From assembly GCA_031835245.2 (NCBI GenBank), contig JAVKOQ020000006.1:124001-188000 (forward strand): 64,000 nt of DNA. Reading direction: 5' to 3'. Position numbers and translations under genes: made by a program. Source of the stretch: Balamuthia mandrillaris (lineage: Eukaryota). This document shows positions 11,143 to 22,681 of the stretch, piece by piece; within the stretch, counting starts at the first letter, position 1, and every line of letters starts with the position of its first letter. The notes below the pieces were generated by a model that saw nothing but the letters and a program-made list of their open reading frames with translations, was not told the origin of the DNA and made no database searches.

Positions 11143-14100
11143 ATGGCTGCGGAGGACCTAGCGCTCTTCCGCGTCGGCGCGAGCGCGAGGACGGAGCGGG
11201 TGCCGATGCAAAAGCACGACCACCGTGGGCGGACGTCGTTGTCCTCGTGCCACCACCACAACCACGACCGGAGAATTCCTCGCTCTCCCCTGCATTCTAC
11301 CTCTTCCTCTTCTGCTTCTTCTTCATCGCTCCCTGCCGCTTGTTATCATTACACCTTCTCCTCCTCCTCCTCCCCCTACTCCTCCCTTTGGTTCGCGCTC
11401 TACCTCTTGGCGGTGCTGAGCCTATGGACGTGCGTGCTGCCCAAGGGGCGCTTGGCGGCGGAGGCCCAGCAGCAGGCCCTGCTCTACGCCCCCTTGGACC
11501 TCGACACCTTTGACGCCGACACCCAGTCCTTCCGCGCCTTCACCCGCTGCCCCATCAAAGCGCACCTCCAGCTGCTGGCCCCCACGGAGGTCTTCGAGGA
11601 CGCCCCTCCGCTCTACGTCAACGAAAACGGCCCTGGGCCTGACTTTAACGAGCATCTCTATGTCTTCTACGACGGATGGAGAGGAATAGGTTCGGTTTTT
11701 TTTTTTTGAAGTGTTTTGTTTGTGATGCTGATCGGTTTGGTGTGTGTGTGTTTTTTTTTTCTCGGTTGTGAATGATGATATAGCCTTTGAGGCGTGGGAC
11801 CCTAGCCTGCAAACCAGAGAGATGTCCGTTTCGCTGTGGTTCTTTTACGAGAAGTATGATTACTTTCCCAGAGGCGCCAGGTTTGTCTGAAACTGCTTCT
11901 TCTCTCATTCTTTCGTTCTTCTCTCTCTCTCTCTCTCTCTCTCTCAACAACAACAAAACACAAATAACACGAACAACAACAACAAAAAAAACTCAAGCCT
12001 GCTCATCTCCGAAATGGGCGAGTGCCTGCGGGACTGTCGACGCTGGCAGCTCTCCCTCGATTCCGGTGGCACGTTCACGCTCTCCATCCAAGTGGGTCCC
12101 GGCGACTCCCCCTCCGAGGTCACCACCATCACCTCCGACTTCATCCTGGAGGACTCGGACCAGAACAAGTGGTTCCACCTGGCGCTGGTCTTTGGCCCCG
12201 AGCTCGTCGACCTGTTTGTCGATGGGACCAAGGCCACGGCCAGCGCGGCCGCGTTCTCGCGAGACTCCCAACACACGATGGCCATGCCCCGCTTCATAGG
12301 CTCCTGCGCCGAGCGCACCGACGAAGTCTATCCTGCCAGCACTTGCTCGGGCTACTACCCCGCGGGCTTGGCAACCAGCCAACGAGGGAGCTGGGAGGGC
12401 GGCATCGATGATCTGCGCATCTTCGACTTTGCGTTAACGCAGGCAGAGGTGGCCCTGCTTGCCGGAACGAAGAACAGGCTCACCGACAACAACAACCGTT
12501 TGGCCTTCTTTGGGCCGGGGAACACCCCCCCGGTCATCACCGGGGGTCGCGTGTTGATCGGCTCCTCCACTGCTTTGCCTGACAACAACGGGACAACGAA
12601 CGGAACGAGCCCCGACGAGAACAACAATGGAACGTCAAAGTATCAGCCTCCTCCGTGGAGTTTACACGCAGGAACCGTTCTCGGAGGGTTCTCCTTCCAG
12701 GTTGCAGCCGAGGATTCCCAATTCAACAGCAGCAGCAGCAATGATACCTCATTACTGTACCGTTGGGCGGAGAATACCGGAAGAGGGTGCCTCGTTGGAG
12801 GTATCGTCGACACCGCCAGCAGCACCCTCGCTTTGGACACGGTCAGCGTGAGCGGTAGACAGGACCTGCAGTTCATCCTCGAGGTCTCGGATGGAGAACT
12901 CTGCACCTCCGAAAGTCTTCAGGTTCAGATCTTGCCGGATGCTCCCACTGTGGAGGAGGCCATCATCACAGGAGGAGACGAGCTCTACCAGGATGGGCGA
13001 TATATCAACTTCACGGTGGTAGTTAAGGGATTCCCTAAGCCCATTTTCAAGTGGCAGTGGACCACCGGCAACGGGACGTTCACGCAGATACCTGGACAAC
13101 GCTCCAACACATTCCTGTTGTATCCTCTTGGCAGTCCGAATGACAAGACGGTGGTTGACAACGAAAACAACAAATTGAGTCCAGAGACCGAGGCAAGAAG
13201 AAGAAGAGGAGTGATGAAGGACTACAGAAGCAGAGATAAATGGGATCAAAGACGACGACAGGACGATTCGGAGGAAGATGGATACTATGATGAGGATTCT
13301 TCGTCGGATGATGAACCGTTTGTTGGTCCAGGCGAAATACGAGAGATTAAATGGTGCTTCTTCTTCTCCTTCCCCTCCTTTTTCTACTTCTTCTTCTTCT
13401 TCTTCTTCTTTTTCTTCTATTTTTATGCATTTTTGCATTTTGTTGAACAGTAATGTTTTTTTCATATACTACAGTACTGTTAGCAATGTTGCAGGTAGCG
13501 CTGAGACCAATACATGGACGGTAAAGCGTTATGCTTATCCCAAGAATCCACGAGCACGAGATGAAGAAGATAGCGTGGTTCCTCTTGTGGTTGGTCCGCT
13601 TTTGGGAGGTTTGCTTCTTATCGTAATCGTCGTCTTCATAGTCTTTATCATCGTTTGGAAGACAAAGAGGTTTGTGCTATTTTCTTTTTCTTTTTCTTCT
13701 GCTTCTCTTCTTTTATTAAACTCCGTTTACACCAAAACAAATAACAGAGTTAAGAGAGTGAAAGCAATCGAACCAGACTACGAAGCACTGGCCTACGGCA
13801 CCATGACACAAAAAACCGTGGAGCTCAACAAAGACCAAAAGACAAACTTCTCTCAACTGGAAGAGCTGATTGTCTCTACCGGCTTTGTCTTTGCCTCCAT
13901 TCTCTGCAACACCGCCAAAGCCACCGAGGCGGAGAACGTTGCCAAAGCGCTGACCTACATCTTTGCCGCTCATGACGCCGTTCCTGCCATGTTGCAACAC
14001 TTTGTTGGCAGGGAAGTCAAAGCCACCAACAGGGATACTGCCTTGTTCAGGGCCAACAGCATCAGCTGTAAGATGTTCAACTGCTATTGCCGTATTATTG

Positions 14101-15337
14101 CTTTGCGTTACGTTTGGTCCATCTTTGCGCAGAGAGTTACTGAACTCGATTTTATGGGTTAGTGTTTTCTTCTCCTCTCTCTTTCCCTCCCTCTCTTTCC
14201 CTCCCTCTCTTTCTCTCCCTCTCTCTTTCTCTCCCTCTCTTTCTCTCTTTCTTAGCTTACATTCCTTTTGTTTGCCTCGTCTTTGCATATAGCACGCATT
14301 TCCCACAAGTCCAAAGAAAGAGGAGACAACAGCAAGAGTCACACCAGCTCTCTATTGGGTCCCTTGGAAATGGAGGTGGACCCCTCCAAACTGACCGAAG
14401 CGGAGGATGCCAAAGTGAACACCTTGCAGCTCTGGCTGTTCGCGCAGCAGCTCTTCAACGCTCTCATCCAAAGCCCCAACCAACTCCCCGCAGAACTTCG
14501 TGAAGTGCTGCGAGGAGTGCACTCGGAGGTGTTGGACAAGTTCAACGAGGACGCGGCGCATAAGGCCATTGGCATCTTCTTGTTCCATCACTTTTTGTGT
14601 CCTTCTTTGATGGCGCCGCATGTTTATGGACTGCTTCAAGGTTTGTTTTTTTTCTTTTCAACTGACCTCATACCATCTTTTTAACATATTTTAAACACAA
14701 AACATATAAACAGGCCCTCCTCACTCCATCGCGCAGCGACAACTCATCCTGATAGCCAAAGTTATGCAGAACTTGGCCAACGACACGATGCCCGGCCGCA
14801 AGGAAAGCTACTTGGAGAGGCTCAACACGTTCATCACGTCCAACCAGGAATCTTTGGAAGAATTCTATGCTGTTCTCATCGTATGTTATTGTTCTTTCTT
14901 TTTACTTTTTCTTTTTATAACTTATACGTATTATTTTTCGTTGTTTGTGGCTTTAGCGAGATGAGCATGGACGAAGGGCCAAGCATACACCTCGCAAGAA
15001 CAAGAACAACTCCCCTCATTCCTCCTCTTCTTCTTCTTCTGAAGAAAGCGGTAAAGAAGAAGCTGAGGAGACATCCTCCAAAGAAGGAAGATCACGATCA
15101 ACAACAACATCGAAAAGCGGCCTCCTAGCATCAGCCTCTTCTTTGTCTTCGTCCTCCTCTTCCTCTTCCTCCACTATTCCTCAAGAGGTCACCATCAACG
15201 CTCTGCTTCAGATTCACCGATACATCATCAACAACTACGATAAGCTGTTGGCGGCCGCCGAGAAGGTGGACGAGGAGATGGCGAATCGTTTGGAGGAGGT
15301 ATTGGAGGCCATTGGAGATGTGGACTATGAAGAATAA
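11143..15337 (+). CDS. Single-pass membrane protein: N-terminal hydrophobic segment, LamG/ConA-like, PKD-like and Ig-like ectodomains, TM helix, cytoplasmic RasGAP domain; multi-exon
   Basis: LamG-like KWFHLALVF..VDLFVDG..GGIDDLRIFDFALT; PKD-like FILEVSDG; Ig-like VKGFPKPIFKW..C/TVSNVAGS; TM VVPLVVGPLLGGLLLIVIVVFIVFIIVW followed by KTK; RasGAP ALFRANS, LFHHFLCPSLMAP, LIAKVMQNLAN. Confidence 0.85.
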
Positions 15338-15561
15338 GTTTCTTCTTTCTCCACCTCTTCTTCCTCTTTCTCTCAACATTGTTTGTAAACAATTATCTTT
15401 TTTTTTTCTGTGTTCTTTTTTTTTTTTTGGCATAACATACCCAACCCATTTTTGTTTTTCTCATTTGCATTACAAAAACATTACATTATATTTTCCTGTT
15501 GTTGTTGCAATAAATAAATAAAATAAAATAAAATAAAATAAATAAAATAAGACTCTGTATT

Positions 15562-15752
15562 ATCAAGTTTTTCCTAATTTTTGGTTATAAAACAAGTGGA
15601 CGGAAAAAAGCGTTTTGAAAAACTTGAACAACTAAGGAATAAAATAAGATATTATATTACCCAGCACTTTCAAGTTTTTCCAAAATACTTTTTTTCCCAC
15701 TTGTTCTATGTGAGAAAATATGGATAAACCCAGAAATTCGGAAAAACTTGAT
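15562..15752. mobile_element. Foldback/MITE-like element with nested inverted repeats
   Basis: Left end atcaagtttttcctaatttttggtt vs right end aacccagaaattcggaaaaacttgat (reverse complement atcaagtttttccgaatttctgggtt). Inner arms acaagtgg..aaaaaagcgttttgaaaaacttgaa and ttcaagtttttccaaaatactttttttcccacttgt also pair. No clear target-site duplication. Confidence 0.55.
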
Positions 15753-15943
15753 TGTGCATGGTAATATTAGAAAAAAAAAAATAAAAAAAATAAAATGAAT
15801 AAAAATACTAAAGTGAAAATATCGATAATAATTTTATCGATAATTTTAAAAAATGTTGGTGGGTATTTCGTGTCGACGCGATGCTTCGTCGACAAAAAAT
15901 AAATGAAAGAAGTTAAAAAAAAAGAGATTTGATTTGATGAGAA

Positions 15944-16741
15944 ATGCTTCGCGTGGGCGCCCTGCGAGGCGTCTCTGCTTCTACCACCTCCACCCCGACC
16001 GCAGCACAGCCAGGCGGCACGCTCGCCCGCTTCGTCGGTAGTTCTCGGCTCTTCAGAACGTCAAACCCCACCACAACCACCGCCGCCACAGCAGCCGCAA
16101 CAGCAAACCTGTACAATCATCGAGGCGGCACCGCCCCTGCGCTACATCCTCGCGCTTCTCCTTCGTTTCTTCCTCGTTCTCGTTCTTCTTCTTTGCTTTC
16201 TTCTTCTTCTTCTTCTTCTGTAGTTATTCTCTTTCACCAACAACATCGTCCTCATGGTCACCACCACCACCACTCTCACGACGACCACAACCACAACCCT
16301 TCCTCTACCATCACTCGTTCTCACTCGCACTCGCACTCGCACTCGCACGGTCCCTCGATCTTTGGCTGGGTGAAGGGGAAGCTCACCGGCAAGGACCCTT
16401 TGGAGGAGGAAATAGTGCATGACTTCGAGGACGACTTTTATGAGAGCGGCGGCGACATGGCCGTGGAGGGAGAGGAGGAGGAAACGGAGGAGAGCCTGAG
16501 ACAGAAGCTGAGAGAGCAGCACGAGGCGGCGGTGCGGAACGAGAAGAAGGCGCTGCAGATCACTTGGGCTGGCTTTGCGTTTAACATCGTTCTTGCTGCT
16601 GGCAAAGGCGTTGCTGGATTTGTACTCTCTCGTCTTGCTCTTTCTCTCTCTGTTATTTCGTTCTCTTTTTTATCTCTTCCCTCGTTCTCTCGCTTCTCTC
16701 TTCACTCTTTCTTTCCTCCTCAGTTCCTGGTTCTCGCGTTT

Positions 16742-16787
<46 letters not shown>

Positions 16788-17767
16788 CTCTCTCCTTACT
16801 GTATGTACTGGCTAATATGTGGTGTAACACCTTTATTACTGCTATAAGGTGGGTCACTCGCAAGCTCTTTTGGCGGATGCCTTTCATTCTCTCTCCGACT
16901 CTGTGTCTGATGCCGTCACTCTATGGGCTGTACATACCATCAAGAAACCAGAAAACTACAAATACCCTTATGGATACGGCAAGTTCGAGACCTTAGGTTC
17001 TTTCGCCTTACCGTTTTCTTATTCTTCGTCTTTCCGACTTCTTTTCTGACATTTCAACCTAACAAACAACAAAAAGGAACGTTTTTGGTATCAGCGACAT
17101 TAGTAGGGACAGGAATAGTGTTAACCCAACAGTGTATTGATACAGTGTTGCTGACCATCGATACGTCCCACTTTCATCTTCCTTCCTTGGAAGACCTATT
17201 CTCCAACAGCAATGTTGACAGCACTTCCGCTTCTGCTTCTGCTTCCGCTGTTGGTAGTGATGCTGCGGCGGTTGCGAGCGAAGCAGCACACCCACACGCT
17301 CATTCTCACTCGCATCATCACGGCCACTCTCACATACATTGGGACCCTTCTCAAGGGCCTACCAACGTTGCTCTCTATGGAGGTATTATTATATTTCTCT
17401 TCGATGCTCTTTCCTTTCGTCTCTCTTCTCTGCTCTCTTATCCTTCTTCCTCCTTCTTTCCTCTCTCTCTTTTTCCGCTTCTCATTCCGAATTTATTTTT
17501 TGTACGCAGCCTTGGGCTCCATTTTGTTCAAAGAGTTGTTGTTTCAAGCCAACTTACGGATAGGGCAGCAAGCCCATAGCAACCTCCTCATCGCCAACGC
17601 ATGGCATCATCGGGCTGATGCCATTTCCTCCATTATCGCCCTTATAGGCATTGTTGGTGCTCAACTTGGTTTCACCGCTTTGGTAACATTGTCGTTTCTT
17701 CTTTCTCTCTTCTCCCTCTCTTCTCGCTCTCTCTCCTCTCTCTCTCTCTCTCTCCTCTCTCTTTTCG

Positions 17768-17829
<62 letters not shown>

Positions 17830-18535
17830 CTCTCTCTTTTCATCGTTCTCTCCTATCTCTTTATTTTCAAACCTAACAAACAAACAAACAAACAAAAAGG
17901 ATGGCTTAGCAGGAGGAGTGGTGGGAGTGATGATCATCAAGATGGGAGCGGACATGGCCTTGGGCAGCATCTACGAACTGGTGGACTCCTCCGTGGGCAC
18001 CCACGACGTCCGCCAAGACATCGTGCACACCCTTCGCAAGTCTCTTCGTCAGCTGAACCACAGACATCGTCAGCTATCTTCTGCCGCTGCTTCTGCAACG
18101 CCGCAAAAAGAAGAAAGAAGAGAGGAACACAACGCAAACACAGAAACGAACAAGAAGAGAAATCCCAACAAAGAACTCAACCGAAGGCACAAAGTGTTGC
18201 TCAACTACAAGAACCAGGACCTGAGGGTGAGGAAGCTGGGCACCTACTTCATCGCCGACTTGCGGCTGGAGGTCAACTCGCGGCTGGGCGTGGCGGAGGC
18301 GGACCGTCTGCTGAAAAAAGTGCAGAGCGATCTGTTGATGGCGGTGCCCCGCTTGAAGGAGGTCATAGTCAGCTTCGATGTGTTTGACGAGCAAACGGGA
18401 TTGATCCTTAACAGCGAGACCGTCGATCTGGAGCGGCTCAAGAAGCAACCGCCGAGAGAGGGCCTTTCGCAGTTGCAGCAACAACAATCGGAAGGAGAGA
18501 AGATGAAGAAGGAAGAGGAGGCTTCTTCTTCATGA
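15944..18535 (+). CDS. Cation diffusion facilitator (CDF) metal transporter, probably mitochondrial (MMT1/2, MTP6-like); multi-exon
   Basis: SQALLADAFHSLSD, YPYGYGKFETLG, LIANAWHHRAD and a C-terminal dimerisation-type domain. The Arg/Ser/Thr-rich, acid-free N-terminus resembles a mitochondrial presequence; two His-rich tracts. Confidence 0.9.
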
Positions 18536-18721
18536 GCAGAAGAGAAGAGAAAGAAAGAGAGATCTTTTGTACAAAAAAAAGAAGGCTGTTTAACAAAAAA
18601 TATATCTTGTTGTCTGTTGATTTTGTTTGGTGATGAGGAGAAGAAGAGAATAGGGCGAAGGAAAAAAAAAAACAAAGAGGAGGGGGAAAAACATTGTAGC
18701 GGTTGAAACTTTCTTTCTGTT

Positions 18722-18842
18722 TTATCCGCGGATGAACTTGCCCCAAAGGTGCAACAAAACCACACAGCCAATGTATGCAAAACTGAAGATGATGACTGCC
18801 ATCGGCTGCCTAAAATGCGCACAAAAGAGATCAGATTACGTT

Positions 18843-18878
<36 letters not shown>

Positions 18879-19168
18879 AGACGTACACTTTCAGACCTTC
18901 AGCATCTTCTGTGTAGAAACGGAGGATGCCAGCGCTGGAACCACTGCTACGAACCGCTCTGGGAGCGGCGCCTGCTCCTCCAGCAGGTGCAGCTGCAGAT
19001 TTGCGCCTTTTTTTTTGTTTGTCTGTGTGAGACGAGAAGGAAGAAAGAAAGAAAGAAAAAGAGAGAAAGAGAAGGGAAGGAGCGAAACGACAGAAGACAG
19101 AAGCGAGAGAAGAGAAAATTGACAGGGAGAGAAAACGGAGGAAGGAAGAAACAAAAGGAGAGAGCGAC

Positions 19169-19203
<35 letters not shown>

Positions 19204-19407
19204 AAAGTGGACAAAAGGAGAGAGAGCGAGAAAAGAGAATGAGAGAGAAGGACGCACTTGGTGAGACCACCCGCACTGCGAGTAGGGGCACCACGAGAGC
19301 CAACGCTTGCGCTTCCAATCTGTTGTTTTTTTTGAACGAGTGAGAAAAACGCGTCGATACACACAAGAGAGAGAAGAGAGAGAAAAGAAACGCACAGCAG
19401 AGGACAT
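18722..19407 (-). CDS. SEC61B: Protein translocon subunit Sec61 beta (4 exons)
   Basis: Spliced product MSSA..RRK..AGILRFYTEDAEGLK..QPMAVIIFSFAYIGCVVLLHLWGKFIRG-stop, the Sec61beta signature. Confidence 0.95.
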
Positions 19408-19748
19408 GTTTGTGTGCGTGTGTGTGTTTTTTTTTGTGTGTTGGTTCTTTGTTCGAAAATCAAATCAAAAAAAAAATTGACTATTTTCTTTCTTCCCACC
19501 GACGCGGAGACGACGCGGAGAGAGAAGAGAGAGAGAAAAAAAAGTCAAAGCGCCACCGAAGCACTCGCCTGAGGGGTCGATATCCTTTTTTCGATCACGT
19601 TTACGTCACTTGTCATCCGTTTTTCTGCCGGATGGCAATCCTAATAGTTCCATTTACCAACCTATTATATAAAGAAGAAATTTTTGACATGTCGACATGA
19701 TAATGATGGGCTTAGTTGAATTCAGCTTGATGATGTCCACCGAGAGGT

Positions 19749-21053
19749 ATGGCGAATGTGTGGACAGTAATGCATATACTGGCTGGCTCGTCCGATTCCT
19801 GGATCCTATCCGTTGGAAAAAGCGGAAGGAAGAAAAAGTGGATGAAAACGACCGAAATGGTGCGGCTACGATGGAACGGCCCGCTGATCATGTACAAGGC
19901 GAAGCACTGCATGAGGCCTCGGAACGTGCTGGCGGCTCTGTGCATCATCCTCCTGGCCCTCATGTACACCTACCTCCTCTACGGCATCATCATCCAATTC
20001 GGCGGCTTTCCTGACCTTTTCAGCAACGCCGGTTCTCTTTTTTTCTTCTCCTTCTCCTTCTTCTTGTTCTTCTTGTTCTTGTTCTTCTTCTTTTCCTTCT
20101 CCTTCTCCTCCGCCTCCTTCTTCTTGTCACTCTCCTTGTCATTTACGCTCATCTCTATTATACTCGATAATAGGTTGGGTGCTGCCTTTATCTCTCGTCC
20201 TGTTTTGCTGCCTGCACTCCCTCTACGTGCTGCACTGGAAGCTGGCCTCCCTCTTCCTGCTCTGGGTGGTGCTCTCCACGTGGGTGCTGGAGGAGATCGG
20301 CGTGGCCTCCGGCGTGCTCCCCTTTGGCAAGTACGAGTACGCCCGCCACGTCAGCCACGTCATGGTCCACCGGGTCCCCATCGACGTGCCCTTGTCCTGG
20401 TACATGATGCTCTGGCCGAGCTTCTGCATCGCGGCCACCATCGTGAACGAGGAGCCGCACCTGCGGGGGCAGCGCAGGCCCTGGCCGAAAGTGGTTTTGA
20501 TCTCGGTGTTTGCGGCCTACATCATGACTTGTTGGGACTTGCTGCTTGACCCTTTAGGTTTTTTATTTTTTGCTTCTTCCTTTCCTCTTCTTCTTCTCGT
20601 TTCTTGTCGTTTCTTGTTGTTCATTCTTCTTTCAAACATATCTGCAAACAACGAACAAAAGGCTCAACTCTATCCGGGCTGTGGATCTGGAAGAACAACG
20701 GTGGCATCTACTTTGGTGTGCCCCTGCTCAACTTCTTCGGCTGGTTCCTCGTCAGCTTCCTCATAATCTTCCTCTACCTGGTGGGCGAACGCTTCTTTGA
20801 CGTGCGTCCGGTGGGCGGTGGACCCTCCTCCGCCTCCAACGGTGGGGTGCCTCTCCTCATCAACGTCCTCCCTTTGATCGCCTTCCTCTGCATGACCCTC
20901 TTTTACGTGCTGATGAGCCAGCCGGTCTCTCTGTGCTTGATAGCGGTGTTCGTGATGGGAGTGCCCATCATCTACGCCGGCTTCCGGTTGGCACACTCGA
21001 AGCTGGCCATCCGGACGCTCAACTCCGACTACGAGCTCGTGTTTGACGAATGA
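19749..21053 (+). CDS. CruF-like carotenoid biosynthesis membrane protein (carotenoid 1,2-hydratase family); 3 exons
   Basis: Multi-TM protein with EEIGVASGVLPFGKYEY, VPIDVPLSW, CWDLLLDP and GLWIW..GGIYFGVPLLNFFGW, which match the CruF family motifs as I recall them; introns at about 20032-20172 and 20559-20661. Confidence 0.8.
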
Positions 21054-21065
21054 ATCTCTCTTCAT

Positions 21066-21238
21066 GTCGACATTATAAACAATATTTCGTGACGACATTA
21101 CTCCAAAAAGTACTAATGTCGACAACACCGAATTCGTGACGACATTAGTAAGATCAGTGAAAACAAACGTCGACACGAAGATTGTCGACATTGATGTTAA
21201 CAAGTTGTGTCGACGATATTAAGCTCGTGACGACATTA
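21066..21238. promoter_or_regulatory. Dense cluster of GTCGAC and CGTGACGACATTA motifs upstream of MED6
   Basis: GTCGAC at 21066, 21118, 21169, 21184 and 21209; CGTGACGACATTA at 21088, 21135 and 21226, all within the 215-bp intergenic gap. Confidence 0.6.
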
Positions 21239-21268
21239 GGTTTCTAACACAAAATAAAAAGAAAGAAA

Positions 21269-22549
21269 ATGGCACAGAAGGAAGAAGATCAAACCGGAAT
21301 CTCGTTCAAGGACTCTGCTTGGCTCAAGGCCTTCCCCTTAAACTCGCAAACGGTGCTGGACTACTTCTCGCTCTCCAGCTTCTACGACCGCACCTGCAAC
21401 AACGAGCAGTGCAAAATGCAGGGCAGGGATTTGTCCTTTCTCACCCGCATGGTAGGGCCTGAGTACGCGCTCTTCTATGCCGCCGAGGCGGAGGGCCTCT
21501 TTGTCATTCGCAAGCAGATCAGGGAGAGCCCCGAGACAGTCACTCCCATACACACCTATTACATCGTGCAGGGCACCATCTATCAGGCTCCCAGCCTTCA
21601 TGCCGTTATTTCTTCTCGCATGGTACCAAACGGCTTCCCCCTCCTCTCTTCTCTACTCTTCTTGTTCACTCGTTCTCTGATTTTCTCGATGTCTCTTTCT
21701 CTGCTCTCGCCCTCTCGCATTTCCTCACCCTTTTCTCTTTCGTTCCCTCCCTACTACGCTTCTCCTCCACTCTTCTCTTTTGTTTCTCTCATTCTCCTGC
21801 TATGATGCCTCTCCTTCACCGCTTCTCTCTATCACTTTACTTACCTCTGCTTTTGTTGTTGCAGATATCTTGCATGTATTACTTGCACCAGTCCTTTCAG
21901 GAGTTACACAGCTACATCGAGTTTGATCCCTCCGAAAGACCAGCCACTATGTACAATTATAACTTTAGCAAGCAGAAGAAACGATCCACAGCCGAGACAG
22001 CCGCAAAAGGAGAAAAGACAAAAGACAAAAGAAGAAGAAAGGAAGAGGAAGGGAGCGAAGAAGACGAAGGCGAAGAAGAAGAAGGCGCAGGAGATGACGA
22101 GGAAGGAGAAGACGAGGGGGAGAGCGACGAAGAAGATGAGACCGATGGAGAGGAAGAGAACGAGGAAGCAAAACGGATAGAAGCTTCTGGGCAGGAGCAA
22201 TCCTTGCATGCTAGAACGGCGGAGGAGCTTTACGAAGAACAACAAAAGATAAAACGGAGCGAACGGATTCTCAAGTCGGTGTTTGCCAAGGTTCTACTAC
22301 CGCTCTCGCTCTTTACATTTGTTTTTTTTTTGTTTTGTCATTCCTCTTCGTTCTCGCACTCTTTTTGACACGTTCTCCAGTTCCCCATTCCTCCGATTGC
22401 GCAGCAGCCTGTTCCTGGTGTAAAACCTCCTGGTGAAGGTGCGTATTTATTCCTCTTCCTATTCTCTCTTCTCTATTTAACAAAACACTCTTGAAACAAA
22501 AAGCAAACATAAATGGACAGCCGTAAAGTCACTTCTTCGTTGTAAATAG
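21269..22549 (+). CDS. MED6: Mediator subunit 6
   Basis: FKDSAWL..LNSQTVLDYFSLSSFYDRTCNNE..LFVIRKQ..YYIVQGTIYQAP; acidic C-terminal region. The last exon and stop are less certain. Confidence 0.92.
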
Positions 22550-22681
22550 TTCATATTTAAAAGTCACAATAACAGAAAACTGAGACACAAAAAGACAGAA
22601 GATAAACACGTGTTTACAATACAAAGTGAAGTGACGGTAAGTTAAAACTAACAAAATACACATAACCTACAGAGCTCTTAG

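Noticed and set aside
21066..21238. CRISPR-like repeat-spacer array
   Set aside because: Repeats are only 13 bp with irregular spacing, the context is eukaryotic, and there are no cas genes.
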